The notes beneath the pieces are model-generated. The model was not told the origin of the DNA, ran no database searches, and worked only from the letters and a program-made list of their open reading frames with translations. This document shows, piece after piece, positions 51,341 through 61,524 of a DNA stretch of 64,000 bases. Source of the DNA: Candidatus Bathyarchaeota archaeon (lineage in GTDB: Archaea > Thermoproteota > Bathyarchaeia > Bathyarchaeales > Bathycorpusculaceae); assembly GCA_963772455.1 (NCBI GenBank), contig CAVYXJ010000010.1:1-64000 (forward strand). Reading direction: 5' to 3'. The position numbers and the translations under genes are program-made. The number at the start of each line of letters is the position of its first letter. Within the stretch, counting starts at the first letter, position 1.

Positions 51341-52555
51341 TTATCTTAAAAATTTAAGCGTAATATAAGCAACTAAGAAAATTATTGCTGCAATAAGAAA
51401 AGTCAGAAAATAAGTCAAACTTGAAGCTAGAAATGGTCCAAGGAAAGCTCCTGTAGCAGCACCTAAACTGACCATTCCGTCAAAAAAGCCAGCTTTTCCT
51501 TGAGGTATTAACTCCATTGAAAGAGACAGCATCATGATATAATACATTGCAAAGGCAAAACCTAGACAGACCAAGATAATGCACGTTATCAGCGTTGGGG
51601 CAATAGCGAGCCAAATCGCGCAGACTATAGCAAAAACAAGAATACTGCGTAAGAAAATAAACCGTGGCATTTGCTTTCTTGTATCTATTGACTTTGCTTT
51701 ACTGCAAATTAAGAAGTAACCTACAGTTGCACCCAAAGAGTTTAGAATAAAGGCTAGATATACGTATTGTTGCTGCCCTCCAAAAGCATCTTTAAGGTAT
51801 ACTGGCAAAGGCGTAAAAAATAAGCTTGAAGCAAGAGAAAACAGTACTATCGCAACTGCAAATCCACGAAAACTATCTTTTTTAAGAGAACCATTCCAAC
51901 GTAATCCATCCATTAGTCTGGAGGACCCTTCGAAGCCTCGATGAGTGAAGTCAAGCGTCCTCTCTATACAGACTAAACGTCTTTCAAAATTCATCAATGG
52001 ATCAGCAATAAGTGCCCAAGCTAGAACAAGGGCTACTACGCTTAAAACACTGCTAAAATAAAAAGAATAGGTTGATGAAATCGAAAAACTGAGGGTAGAG
52101 GCAAATAGGACCATTCCAGCAACCAAGCCGATGATGAATCCAACTTCTGTAATTGCCTCATATAATCCAAAAGATTTTTCCCAATCACATCGGCTATAAT
52201 TCTCCGTAATCAGCACATTTTTCGGTGATTCATGGGCTGCATGAAGCATTTGCATGACAACATACAAAATGACGAAAACACTAAGGTTTTGAGCGAATGA
52301 AAATGACATAATAAAAAGAATAAGCCCTGTAGAAGCAAAAGAAAGAAGAATAAATGCTTTATAATGCCTTGTTTTGTCACATAAGTACCCCCAAAGAAAC
52401 GAGGCTGGAATTGAACAGAAAATAGCTACAGAAGTCATAATACCCAAAGCAAGAAGCGGCCCACCCAAGAAAACTACCACATAAAGCGGTATGAAAACTG
52501 TCAGTAATCCAAACGCCATATCGTGAAAGAAGAACCCTAACCGCCACATAGCCAC
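51341..52555 (-). CDS. MFS transporter
   Basis: ~12 TM helices; WGYLCDKT motif A variant. Confidence 0.88.
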   Translation of the reverse strand: MAMWRLGFFFHDMAFGLLTVFIPLYVVVFLGGPLLALGIMTSVAIFCSIPASFLWGYLCDKTRHYKAFILLSFASTGLILFIMSFSFAQNLSVFVILYVVMQMLHAAHESPKNVLITENYSRCDWEKSFGLYEAITEVGFIIGLVAGMVLFASTLSFSISSTYSFYFSSVLSVVALVLAWALIADPLMNFERRLVCIERTLDFTHRGFEGSSRLMDGLRWNGSLKKDSFRGFAVAIVLFSLASSLFFTPLPVYLKDAFGGQQQYVYLAFILNSLGATVGYFLICSKAKSIDTRKQMPRFIFLRSILVFAIVCAIWLAIAPTLITCIILVCLGFAFAMYYIMMLSLSMELIPQGKAGFFDGMVSLGAATGAFLGPFLASSLTYFLTFLIAAIIFLVAYITLKFLR

Positions 52556-52690
52556 AAACCACTTAGACGTCGAATTAAAACTTTTACCCGAATAATTTAA
52601 ACTTGCTTAAAAGTAGGCTTTGGATGAAAAATTTTCATAAATCCTTAATAGAGAGAGCACCCAATTTCATACTCCGCTGGAGAGATAATC

Positions 52691-53080
52691 ATGGCAAAGT
52701 TTAAGGTAATAGTTTCCGATCCCCAAGCAGGAACTTCAAAGGTAGTAGATATTGAAGAAGCACGTGCAGCTCCATTCATAGGAAGAAGACTTGGAGAAAC
52801 AATAGATGGCTCAGCAGTAGACCTACCAGCACACACAGTTCAAATACTCGGAGGCTCCGACAAAGACGGTGTTCCAATGCTTGGAAACGTTCACGGCGGT
52901 GTAAGAAGAAGAGTTGTACTAAGTGGTGGAACAGGTTTTGCTGCAAAGAAAAAAGGCGAAAGAAAACGCAAAACCGTCCGGGGAAACATCATTACAGATG
53001 AAATAGTTCAAATCAACATGAAGATTGTTGAGAGACCAGCAAAGCAAGCTGAAGCTAAACCTGAGCAAGCTGCGAAATAA
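52691..53080 (+). CDS. rps6e: 30S ribosomal protein eS6
   Basis: FKVIVSDP..G, GGSDKDGVPM, GERKRKTVRGN, QINMKI. Confidence 0.97.
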   Translation: MAKFKVIVSDPQAGTSKVVDIEEARAAPFIGRRLGETIDGSAVDLPAHTVQILGGSDKDGVPMLGNVHGGVRRRVVLSGGTGFAAKKKGERKRKTVRGNIITDEIVQINMKIVERPAKQAEAKPEQAAK

Positions 53081-53177
53081 TCGCAATTTTGCAATACTGC
53101 ATGCTTAAACCTTATAAACTGCCATAATTTATTCAATCTTTATTCACCAGTATTTATTGAAAAGAAGAAGAATCGTT

Positions 53178-54425
53178 ATGAGTAACACTAGTAAAGCATT
53201 GCCAAGACAGCCTGAAGTTAATATCGGCACTATTGGTCATGTAGATCATGGAAAAACCACTTTAGTACAATCGTTAACTGGTACTTGGGCATCACGACAT
53301 AGTGAAGAACTCAAAAGAGGCATTACAATAAAACTTGGTTATGCCGACATGCCGATTTACAAGTGTCCCAAGTGTGAAGCCCCAAAAAGCTTTACAATAA
53401 AACCTTTTTGTGAAATCTGTAATTCAGAAGCAGAATTTGTCCGGGCTATAAGCTTTGTTGATGCACCAGGACATGAAGCTTTAATGGCTACAATGCTATC
53501 AGGCGCAGCAATAATGGATGGCGCAATTCTCGTAATTGCAGCTGATGAAACTTGTCCTCAGCCGCAAACAAGAGAGCACCTTGCAGCCGCGGAAGTTAGT
53601 GGCATAAAGAACCTAATTATCGTTCAAAACAAAATTGATATAGTAGATGAAAAAAGAGCCATCGAAAGTTATAAAGAAATAAAAGCTTTCATTAAAGGCA
53701 CAGTTGCAGAAAGCGCTCCCATTATCCCAATTTCAGCTCAACGTGGAATAAACATCGATGTATTGCTCAACGCTATCCAAACCATCATTCCAACACCAAA
53801 AAGAGATGATACCAAACCACCAATGATGTTTATTATTCGCTCTTTTGACATTAACAAGCCAGGAACAACCATTGAAGGTTTGGAAGGCGGAATAATTGGG
53901 GGAACCATAGCGCAGGGCAAATTTGCTGTGGGAGAAGAAATAGAAATACGTCCAGGTGTTATGGCAGAACGAGAAGGCAAAACATTTTACGACCCATTAA
54001 TCAGCGAAATTGTTAGCCTTCAAGCGGGTAATGAAGATGTGAAAGAAGCTACTTGCGGCGGCCTCGTCGGAGTAGGTACATGCCTTGACCCATCTTACTC
54101 AAAAGCAGACGGATTAACAGGTAGCATAGCTGGGAAAACAGGTCAACTTCCACCAACCCTGACCGAACTTACATTAGAAACACATGTTTTAGAACGAGCG
54201 GTTGGAACCAAAGAACTTTTGAAAGTTGAAAAAATTAATCCTGACGAAACCCTATTGCTCCATGTTGGTTCTGCCGTTAACGTTGGCAAAGTCTTATCGA
54301 TCAAACAGAATATAATTAAAGTGAAGTTGACAAGACCGATTTGCGCTTTGCCAGGCTCAAGAGTCGCTATCAGCAGAAAAATCACATCACGATGGAGACT
54401 TATTGGCTACGGGCTCGTAAAATAA
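53178..54425 (+). CDS. eif2g: Translation initiation factor aIF2 gamma
   Basis: IGHVDHGKTT, HSEELKRGITIKLGYA, DAPGHE, NKID, RWRLIGYG. Confidence 0.97.
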   Translation: MSNTSKALPRQPEVNIGTIGHVDHGKTTLVQSLTGTWASRHSEELKRGITIKLGYADMPIYKCPKCEAPKSFTIKPFCEICNSEAEFVRAISFVDAPGHEALMATMLSGAAIMDGAILVIAADETCPQPQTREHLAAAEVSGIKNLIIVQNKIDIVDEKRAIESYKEIKAFIKGTVAESAPIIPISAQRGINIDVLLNAIQTIIPTPKRDDTKPPMMFIIRSFDINKPGTTIEGLEGGIIGGTIAQGKFAVGEEIEIRPGVMAEREGKTFYDPLISEIVSLQAGNEDVKEATCGGLVGVGTCLDPSYSKADGLTGSIAGKTGQLPPTLTELTLETHVLERAVGTKELLKVEKINPDETLLLHVGSAVNVGKVLSIKQNIIKVKLTRPICALPGSRVAISRKITSRWRLIGYGLVK

Positions 54426-54429
54426 TGCT

Positions 54430-54870
54430 TTAGTCTTTCACTACTTCTTTTTCCTTTAAGAAATCATGCGCTTTTTGAAGGACATCTTTAGCATTTTTGA
54501 AAGATAATTTTTCCATAGCGTGCTTGTAATCAAGCCAAATGTAACCGATGTGCTCGAAAGAAATCTCAACTTTTTCTGTGTGCGTTTCCATTATGAAGAA
54601 CACTACTTCTTTATGAACTGTTAAACCTTGTCTCCGATAAAAGTAAGCGATTGTTTCTTTGAAGCCTTCGATGAATGTTGCATCTATGATGGCTGTTTCT
54701 TCTTTGAGTTCGCGGAGAACTGTTTCTCGTTCAGTCTCGTTAGCTTCAACGTTGCCTTTTACGAAATCCCAGTGTCCTGCTGCGTAGTTAAGGAGAAGAT
54801 ATTTGGTTTGTTCATCTTTTTTTAGATATACAACGGCGCCGCACGATTTCTCGCGAATCACTACATTCAC
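54430..54870 (-). CDS. Nudix hydrolase (Ap4A hydrolase-like)
   Basis: SCGAVV, GHWDFVKGNVE..E.E.ETVLRELKEET, S.EH..Y.W. Confidence 0.9.
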   Translation of the reverse strand: MNVVIREKSCGAVVYLKKDEQTKYLLLNYAAGHWDFVKGNVEANETERETVLRELKEETAIIDATFIEGFKETIAYFYRRQGLTVHKEVVFFIMETHTEKVEISFEHIGYIWLDYKHAMEKLSFKNAKDVLQKAHDFLKEKEVVKD

Positions 54871-54995
54871 CTAATTGTGTTCAATTCGTTTGCTCTGTTA
54901 TTTAAAGTAATAGCAACTTGTCGTTTAAGACCCTCAAACAAAATGTTTAAGCATGTAAAAAATTAAAGGTTATCGAAATCAGGTGTCCATTCTAA

Positions 54996-55424
54996 GTGTT
55001 GCCTTCATCACCAAAAAAAACTGGACCTCTAAAAGTAATTTTAGATTCCAACGCATTATATGTTCCATTGGAGTTCAAGATCGATATTTTTGAGGAACTT
55101 ACGCATTTGTTGAATCGGAAAATAGAAGTTATATTGCTTTCAACAGTTAAGAATGAGCTTGAGATTCTTGCAACTAAAAATTCTCCGAAAATTCGTAGGG
55201 AAGCTATTTTTGCTTTAAAGCTTGCCGAAAAATGCAAGTATGTGATGGTTGAAAATGCTGAAAAGTTAACGACGGATGACGCTATTGTTAAGGTTGCTAA
55301 AAAATGGAATTCTCCAGTGTTCACCAACGATAGACAGTTAAAGAAGAAGCTAAGAGATATAAGTGTGCCAGTGATTTATGTGAGACAAAAATCGCGTCTA
55401 GACATTGACGGGATGATATCTTAA
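54996..55424 (+). CDS. PIN-domain protein (Fcf1/Utp24-like)
   Basis: VILDSNAL, V..EL, TDDAI, VFTNDRQLKKKL; conserved position before rpoE1. Confidence 0.85.
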   Translation: MLPSSPKKTGPLKVILDSNALYVPLEFKIDIFEELTHLLNRKIEVILLSTVKNELEILATKNSPKIRREAIFALKLAEKCKYVMVENAEKLTTDDAIVKVAKKWNSPVFTNDRQLKKKLRDISVPVIYVRQKSRLDIDGMIS

Positions 55425-56019
55425 ATGTTTAAACTGATTACTCTTCAAGATACTATTCGCATTCCACCAGATACCTTCGGCAAGCCACTTGAAAAAGTTG
55501 GTCGAGAACAAGTTAAAGCAAAAATATGAAGGAATTGTGGATGAAGAATTAGGTTATGTCATTGCAGTTACAGGTATCCAAGTTAGCCCAATTGGCAAAA
55601 TTATACCTGGCGATGGCGCAACCTTTCATAAAGTAACCTTTTCTCTATTAGCGTTCTATCCTATAATTCAAGAGATAGTGGAGGGAGACGTAGTTGAAAT
55701 CGCAGATTTTGGCGCTTTCGTCCGAATCGGACCGGTCGATGCATTACTTCACGTCTCACAACTCATGGATGACTATATTTCTTACGATGAAAAACAAGGC
55801 GTCCTATTAGGAAAAGAAACTAAACGCAAACTAACTACAGGCGACCAAGTCCGTGTTAGAATAACCGCAGTCTCTCTTGGAAGAATCGGAAGCTCAGGAA
55901 AAATCGGCGTCACAGCAAGACAACCATTCCTTGGGAAGTTAGATTGGTTAAAGATGGATCAAACCCCCAAAGCTACAGCTGACAAGAAAACTGCGGAAAA
56001 GCCTGAGAAAGCAGCATAA
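55425..56019 (+). CDS. rpoE1: RNA polymerase subunit Rpo7/E' (extra A in homopolymer ~55522)
   Basis: MFKLITLQDTIRIPP..FG joins YEG..GKIIPGDGA..FGAFVRIGPVDALLHVSQ..RQPFLGK. Confidence 0.95.
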
Positions 56020-56035
56020 AGAGGATGGATATTGA

Positions 56036-56221
56036 ATGAGTGAAAAAGCATGCACAAACTGCCATTTCATAACTAAAGACAACGTTTGCGGAAGATGCAA
56101 ATCCACTAATTTTAGTGAAGATTTCAGTGGTTTAGTTGTAATGTTTGACCCTGAAACCTCAGCTATTGCAAAAGCGATGAATATTAAAGAAAAAGGCCGA
56201 TACGCCCTAAAAGTGCGTTAA
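56036..56221 (+). CDS. spt4: Transcription elongation factor Spt4 (RpoE'')
   Basis: KACTNC..C..C..F.G..DPE.S.IAK..G.YALKVR. Confidence 0.95.
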   Translation: MSEKACTNCHFITKDNVCGRCKSTNFSEDFSGLVVMFDPETSAIAKAMNIKEKGRYALKVR

Positions 56222-56289
56222 ATTAAATTGTTAAGACCTCGGTAGCTTCATAACCTACCAGGCATTTTCTATTTTGTAAGGATAAAAAG

Positions 56290-56838
56290 ATGACAATAGC
56301 GTACTTTTTAACGCCTGAGTTAAACATGAAATTAAAAGAACCTTTTGGCGATCTCATCCAAGGTACACCTGAAGAAACTATGGGAAACCTAAAAGAACTA
56401 GTTAAAAAAGAAAAGCCATCAATAATAATTTCCGTTGGAGACATAGTTTCCCAGAATTTGCACAGACACAACATTCACCCACAATTGACGATCATTGACA
56501 ATATTTCTCTGAGAACCCAAAAAATACCTGCAGAAACCGTGGTACAAAAAACTGTATGTGTAGATAATCCACAAGGAACGATAACTCAAGAAGCAATCTT
56601 TGCTGTTAAAGAAGCATTGGAAAGTAACCAGCATACACACATCGTAATTAAGGGTGAGGAAGATCTTCTAACACTCATAGCCGTTTTGTATGCGCCAGAA
56701 AATTCTTTTGTAGTCTATGGACAACCTTATTCAGGGATTGTAGTCATTAAAGTCAGTCCAGAAAGAAAAGCTCGGGTTATGGAGTTCCTAAACGCTATGA
56801 AAGCTTTCGAAAAGCTAAATAAGCAGAATAAGGTATGA
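56290..56838 (+). CDS. DUF359 GTP-dependent dephospho-CoA kinase
   Basis: LKEPFG, SVGDIV, NPQGTIT, GEEDLL, VYGQP. Confidence 0.88.
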   Translation: MTIAYFLTPELNMKLKEPFGDLIQGTPEETMGNLKELVKKEKPSIIISVGDIVSQNLHRHNIHPQLTIIDNISLRTQKIPAETVVQKTVCVDNPQGTITQEAIFAVKEALESNQHTHIVIKGEEDLLTLIAVLYAPENSFVVYGQPYSGIVVIKVSPERKARVMEFLNAMKAFEKLNKQNKV

Positions 56839-56861
56839 ACTTACGCTTTAAGTGAACATTA

Positions 56862-57173
56862 ATGCAAGTCAAAATAGATTCAACCAAGAATAACCCGCTA
56901 CTAAAAAGGAAAGAAGTAGGTTTCACTATTGTTTCGGGTCCAAAAGAGAAAACACCCCCAAGACTCGAGGTTAAAAAAGCCGTAGCTGTTGAAATGCAAT
57001 TAGGCGAGGACGTAGTTTTCATTAAACGAATGAGGACTAAAACTGGAACTAGCATTACAGTCGGAGTTGCTAATGTATACCAATCCGTTAATCAAGCAAA
57101 ACTCGTTGAACCTGAATACATCAGAAAACGTAACAGTCCGCCTGAAAAGGCAAAAGAAGAGGCGAAAGCATAA
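56862..57173 (+). CDS. rps24e: 30S ribosomal protein eS24
   Basis: NPLLKRKE, TPPR..V, EPEYI.KRN. Confidence 0.95.
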   Translation: MQVKIDSTKNNPLLKRKEVGFTIVSGPKEKTPPRLEVKKAVAVEMQLGEDVVFIKRMRTKTGTSITVGVANVYQSVNQAKLVEPEYIRKRNSPPEKAKEEAKA

Positions 57174-57460
57174 TGCCAGTTAAACCAGCACCAAAGAAAG
57201 AAGAACCAGCAAAAAAAGCAGAGGAAAAACCAGCAGCCGCAGAAGCTGCTGCAGCACCGAAAGTTCAGAAAGCAGAAAAGAAACGTGAGAAAAAACATAA
57301 AGAAGAAAAAGGCGTCCGCGCAATGTACAAAACTGAAGGCGACAAAGTTTCAAGGACACGTCCAACTTGCGAGCGATGTGGACCCGGATACTTTACAGCA
57401 GATCACCATGATAGATACACATGTGGGCACTGTGGTTTTACTCGCTATAAGCCGAAATAA
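57173..57460 (+). CDS. rps27ae: 30S ribosomal protein eS31 (S27ae) with low-complexity N-terminal extension
   Basis: Y..EG.KV.R..CERCGPG.F.A.H.DR..CG.CG.T. Confidence 0.92.
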   Translation: MPVKPAPKKEEPAKKAEEKPAAAEAAAAPKVQKAEKKREKKHKEEKGVRAMYKTEGDKVSRTRPTCERCGPGYFTADHHDRYTCGHCGFTRYKPK

Positions 57461-57503
57461 GCAGTTTTAAATCTCCCCCCACAATTACTTCTTTTGATAT
57501 TTC

Positions 57504-57932
57504 ATGCTTAAAGTAAATGTAGTTATTACCAGTGTTTCTGCAGAACGCTTTTGGGACATTAGAAAACCTATTCCGCCTATTCAAATTAGCACCAATATTA
57601 ACGTTGTCGGTATGGAAAAGAAACAAGATGAATCTTTAGAAGTCCCCTTTGTTTTATCGATTGTTTATAACCCCTCAATTGCTCAAATGAGTTTGAAAGG
57701 CAATGCTTTCGTAAATGGCGACAAAGGGGAAGTTGAAAAAGTACTCAAAGATTATGATCAGAAAAAGCCGCCAGCCCAAATAATAATTCAGTCAATATCT
57801 AACGTTGTTTTTATCGAGTCAGTTTTGATTTCAAGGACGTTGAACATTCCGCCACCAATTCCGCTACCACAAATTCCTGAAGCTGGAAAACCTGTAAGTG
57901 CAAAGCCTGAAGGGCGAGATTACAGTGCGTAA
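57504..57932 (+). CDS. Conserved hypothetical protein, possible SecB-like fold
   Basis: Four predicted beta strands, two helices, LNIPPPIPLP tail. Confidence 0.55.
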   Translation: MLKVNVVITSVSAERFWDIRKPIPPIQISTNINVVGMEKKQDESLEVPFVLSIVYNPSIAQMSLKGNAFVNGDKGEVEKVLKDYDQKKPPAQIIIQSISNVVFIESVLISRTLNIPPPIPLPQIPEAGKPVSAKPEGRDYSA

Positions 57933-58241
57933 CGAAACCTCATAAATTTCTTTACTCAGCATCAGGAATTTATTAATTCTATTGAAAAACCAAAATTATC
58001 ATTCTTGCCTTTGGAATATTACAAATTTATTTTATAACAATATTCTAATTTGAAGACCCCGATCTTTATTCGTGACTTCAGATAGAAGTTGCAATTTATT
58101 ATGCTGAAATATCAGCAATATATTATTTGTTTTTAATTTTACTATGGATGATTAAACAGGAAAAACTATCGCTTGTCGGTAAAAGCAACAGAATCTTGTA
58201 AGCAATTAAAGCAAAAAGAGAAAATAAAGAAAGATGTTGGT

Positions 58242-58646
58242 TTATTTTAGTGGCACGTACATTGAAGAACGTGATGCACCAATACCTGGAGTTCCGTGTC
58301 TAACTGGTTTGTTAGTTATAGCAAATTCTCCTAGGTAGTGTCCAATCATTTCTGGCCTGATATCAATGGCGACGAATTCTTTTCCGTTGTGAACGGCTAT
58401 TTTTGCGCCTACCATTTCTGGCAAGATAATTAGATCTCGAACGTGTGTTTTTAAGCTGACTTCTTTGCCTTGTTTTTGGGATTCTTTAGCTGCACGTAGC
58501 TTTTCGAGCAGTATTCGTTGTTCTGGTGTTAATCCACGTTGTAGGCTTCTTCTTTGTCGTGATGGAAGCATATTGATGAATTCATCCATAGACATGCCTG
58601 TTATACTGTTGAGGTTATGTCCACGGTAGCTAAATTCTTTCGGCAT
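58242..58646 (-). CDS. rps19p: 30S ribosomal protein uS19
   Basis: [38 protein letters not shown]. Confidence 0.97.
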   Translation of the reverse strand: MPKEFSYRGHNLNSITGMSMDEFINMLPSRQRRSLQRGLTPEQRILLEKLRAAKESQKQGKEVSLKTHVRDLIILPEMVGAKIAVHNGKEFVAIDIRPEMIGHYLGEFAITNKPVRHGTPGIGASRSSMYVPLK

Positions 58647-58690
58647 TTTTCAACATTCCTTAGACTGATTTATTCTCTATTATAGTTTCC

Positions 58691-59431
58691 TTATCGGATT
58701 GCCCGTTTCTTCTTCTGTCCTGGACCCCTTGCCGCGATCAATCCAACTTTCTGTCCTGGTGGAGCACCGTGCGAAGTTGTTGTGCATCTGCGAGAGCTAC
58801 GTTTACTGCTTCCGAATGGGTGACATGCTGGAACCATTTTGCGACCACTAGTTCTTGGATATGTATGTCCTTTAGCACGCATTAGATGGAATTTTGATCC
58901 TGCTTTAAGGAACGGCTTCTCTATGCGTCCTGCGGCAGATATTACACCGACAGTTGATAAACAATAATCGTCAACGTATCTTGTTCTTCCAGAGGGTAAG
59001 CGAATCATAGTGCCTTGAGGAGTATGACCGACAACAGTTGCGTATGCGCCTGATGACTTTGCCATTTTTCCTCCGTCGCCTGGACGTAGTTCAAGATCGC
59101 AAACAATTGTTCCTTCAGGAACTTTTCCTAAAGGTATAATGTTGCCTATTTCAGCAGGAGCTTTTCCGCCAAGGCAGATTTGTTGACCTGTGAAAACACC
59201 TTCTGGAACAACTGTATAAATTGATAACCCATTTTCAAATTTTACTAGTGAAAGTGGTGCGCCTCGTCCTGGATCATGAACGAGTTCTTGGATAGTGCCC
59301 ATTATTTGAGCATCAAAAGTTTGTTTAGGAGCTATTGCAGGATATTTTGCAGGAGCAACACGTTTGTGAGTTGAGGCTCGGAAGTTTCGTCCACCGCGAC
59401 CTCTTCTTTGAACACGAATTCGTTTTCCCAT
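58691..59431 (-). CDS. rpl2: 50S ribosomal protein uL2
   Basis: MGKRIRVQRRGRG, HDPGRGAP, GDGGK, HPFG, PPGQKVGLIAAR. Confidence 0.97.
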   Translation of the reverse strand: MGKRIRVQRRGRGGRNFRASTHKRVAPAKYPAIAPKQTFDAQIMGTIQELVHDPGRGAPLSLVKFENGLSIYTVVPEGVFTGQQICLGGKAPAEIGNIIPLGKVPEGTIVCDLELRPGDGGKMAKSSGAYATVVGHTPQGTMIRLPSGRTRYVDDYCLSTVGVISAAGRIEKPFLKAGSKFHLMRAKGHTYPRTSGRKMVPACHPFGSSKRSSRRCTTTSHGAPPGQKVGLIAARGPGQKKKRAIR

Positions 59432-59448
59432 AAGTCATGCCTTCTATG

Positions 59449-59709
59449 TTAGAGTATTCCAAGTTTTATTGCAACGTCTGAAGCTTTGTATTCTGGTTTT
59501 AACTTCACGAACGCTTTTTTTACACCTTGAGGAGTAATGAGCATATTTATTTTTTGAACTTTAACTTCGTAGAGAGTTTCAACAGCGCGTTTAACATCGG
59601 TCTTCCCTGCTTTGAGGCTGACTATGAAGATTAGTTTGTTATCTCGTTCAACCATTACGCTGGCGGATTCCGTCATCAACGGAAAACTGATTATGTCATT
59701 AATGTCCAT
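59449..59709 (-). CDS. rpl23: 50S ribosomal protein uL23
   Basis: PL.TE, NKL.FIV, G.KKAFVKL, A.DVA.KLG. Confidence 0.96.
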   Translation of the reverse strand: MDINDIISFPLMTESASVMVERDNKLIFIVSLKAGKTDVKRAVETLYEVKVQKINMLITPQGVKKAFVKLKPEYKASDVAIKLGIL

Positions 59710-60494
59710 TACATTTGTTCTCCATAAAGAGTTGTTAATTTTTCTATGGCGCCATTAGTCCAAACTGTTAATCGCCCAGCATGAGTTCCTGGGGCAAGCA
59801 TTTCAGTGTTCAAGTTAGCTACAGTGGTCACTTGGACACCTGGAAGGTTACTGGCAGCATTAACTAAACTTTTCCCGTCAACAACTACTATGAGTGGTCC
59901 AACGGCTTGCTTCATTTTTCTGCCTCTATGCTTGCCTTTGCCAGCACGAACGCTGCGGCTATCGCGTACACGAGTTAAGTCGTCAGACATACCAAAGCAG
60001 TTAAATGCTTCTTCAACTTCGCTGGCTTTAGTTAAGCTCTCAAATGCATCCTCAACTATCAATGGGAATTGTGGAACGGTACCAATTTTGTGACCTCTTA
60101 AGGTTACAGTTTCTTTTTGTCCTGTTGCTGCAATTGCTGAAATTAAAGCTAATTTAGCTTCCTTTTTTGGAATATCTTTTAGAATTCTTTTTTCTACTTT
60201 TGGCGGATGTGGCTGTCTTCCTTTAACTGTGCTTGGAGCAAAAGCTGCTCTGCCGGCACCGCTTTTCATACGGGGAACTCTTGCAGTTGCGCTACCAGTT
60301 CCTCGTGATTCTGCTGTGGTCTTTTTGCCAGCCATAGGGTCTCTACCTTGTTTCTGTCGTCTGTTTGATTGAATAGCTAAGACAGCGCGTTTTATGACGT
60401 CGGGCCTTAGGGGTGTAGAGAAAACGCTTGGAAGAGCAATTTTGCCAGTTGATTTGCCTTGCAAGTCAAAGATTTCTGCTGTTTTTTGTGCCAT
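59709..60494 (-). CDS. rpl4: 50S ribosomal protein uL4
   Basis: RPDVIKRAV, AES.GTG..ARVPR, RAGKGK.RGR, LAPGTHAGRLTVWT. Confidence 0.97.
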   Translation of the reverse strand: MAQKTAEIFDLQGKSTGKIALPSVFSTPLRPDVIKRAVLAIQSNRRQKQGRDPMAGKKTTAESRGTGSATARVPRMKSGAGRAAFAPSTVKGRQPHPPKVEKRILKDIPKKEAKLALISAIAATGQKETVTLRGHKIGTVPQFPLIVEDAFESLTKASEVEEAFNCFGMSDDLTRVRDSRSVRAGKGKHRGRKMKQAVGPLIVVVDGKSLVNAASNLPGVQVTTVANLNTEMLAPGTHAGRLTVWTNGAIEKLTTLYGEQM

Positions 60495-60507
60495 GGCTTA
60501 ATTCACC

Positions 60508-61524
60508 TTATTTTCCTTGTGGAGACTCCAGTGAGATATATGTTACTTGTGGTGCTGCTTCTGGAACTTCGGTGGGTGGACGTGCAGGAACACGAAGACG
60601 TATTTGTCGTTTTTCTGTTCCAGGAATGCTACCTGAGATTAGAATGTAGGGACCTGTTACTTCGCCGTATCGGATGAAGCCTCCTTTAACGGTGACTTCT
60701 TTACCGTTTTTGCCGATTTTTAATATTCGTTTATTGAATTCAATACGTTGATGATAACCCATCTGTCCTGCTCTTGGAATAGAGTACATTAAGTGATGTG
60801 GATTCCATGGACCTAAAGTGGCAATACCACGTTTTGTTTTTCTGCCTTTATGCTGCAGACATGTTACTCCCCAACGCTTAACAGGACCTTGGAAACCTTT
60901 ACCCACAGTTATGCCGCCAACGTCTATGTATTGTCCGTCTTTGAACACTTCTTCAGGGGTAACTGTTTTGCCCAAAAGTTGCTTGGCGTATTCGAATTGT
61001 TGAGCTATTGTTCCGCCGCCGATTTGAATTTCACTTGTTTCAGGTTTCTTCTTTGCAAGACTAGTTTGAGATGGTTGAGTGGCTGCAATGACTCGAACTA
61101 TGTTTGTTTGTTCGAGGTTTTGAGAGAGTTTCTCAAGCATTGCTTCAGTGTTAAAGTTGTCTGGTAGAACTAGAGTGCGATCCAGTATTGCAGGTGGTTC
61201 TTTCATCCAAGCTTCTGATATGTTTTGGAGCCCGTATGGTGTCTTTGTGTAAGTTCTAATGCCGCAAATAAGGATAGGTGGAGTTTCTAGTATGGTTGCT
61301 GCTCGAGCAACTTCTTTACCGAAATGAGGAGATCGTTTACGATCCTCGATAGTGAATACATAAGTCATGCCCGCTTTGTAGGCTGCTGAAAAACCTAAGA
61401 GTTTAGGAGACTCAGATTTAACTTCTGGCCAGTATCTTATTCGTGCTGTTGGTTTCTTCGCACGATGCCTTGGCAAATAGGCTAATGAACCATGTTTTGG
61501 AGCATGAGTTTTACGATGTCCCAT
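60508..61524 (-). CDS. rpl3: 50S ribosomal protein uL3
   Basis: HGSLAYLPR.RA, YKAGMT, GKGFQGPVKRWG, GQMGYHQR, GGF.RYG. Confidence 0.97.
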   Translation of the reverse strand: MGHRKTHAPKHGSLAYLPRHRAKKPTARIRYWPEVKSESPKLLGFSAAYKAGMTYVFTIEDRKRSPHFGKEVARAATILETPPILICGIRTYTKTPYGLQNISEAWMKEPPAILDRTLVLPDNFNTEAMLEKLSQNLEQTNIVRVIAATQPSQTSLAKKKPETSEIQIGGGTIAQQFEYAKQLLGKTVTPEEVFKDGQYIDVGGITVGKGFQGPVKRWGVTCLQHKGRKTKRGIATLGPWNPHHLMYSIPRAGQMGYHQRIEFNKRILKIGKNGKEVTVKGGFIRYGEVTGPYILISGSIPGTEKRQIRLRVPARPPTEVPEAAPQVTYISLESPQGK

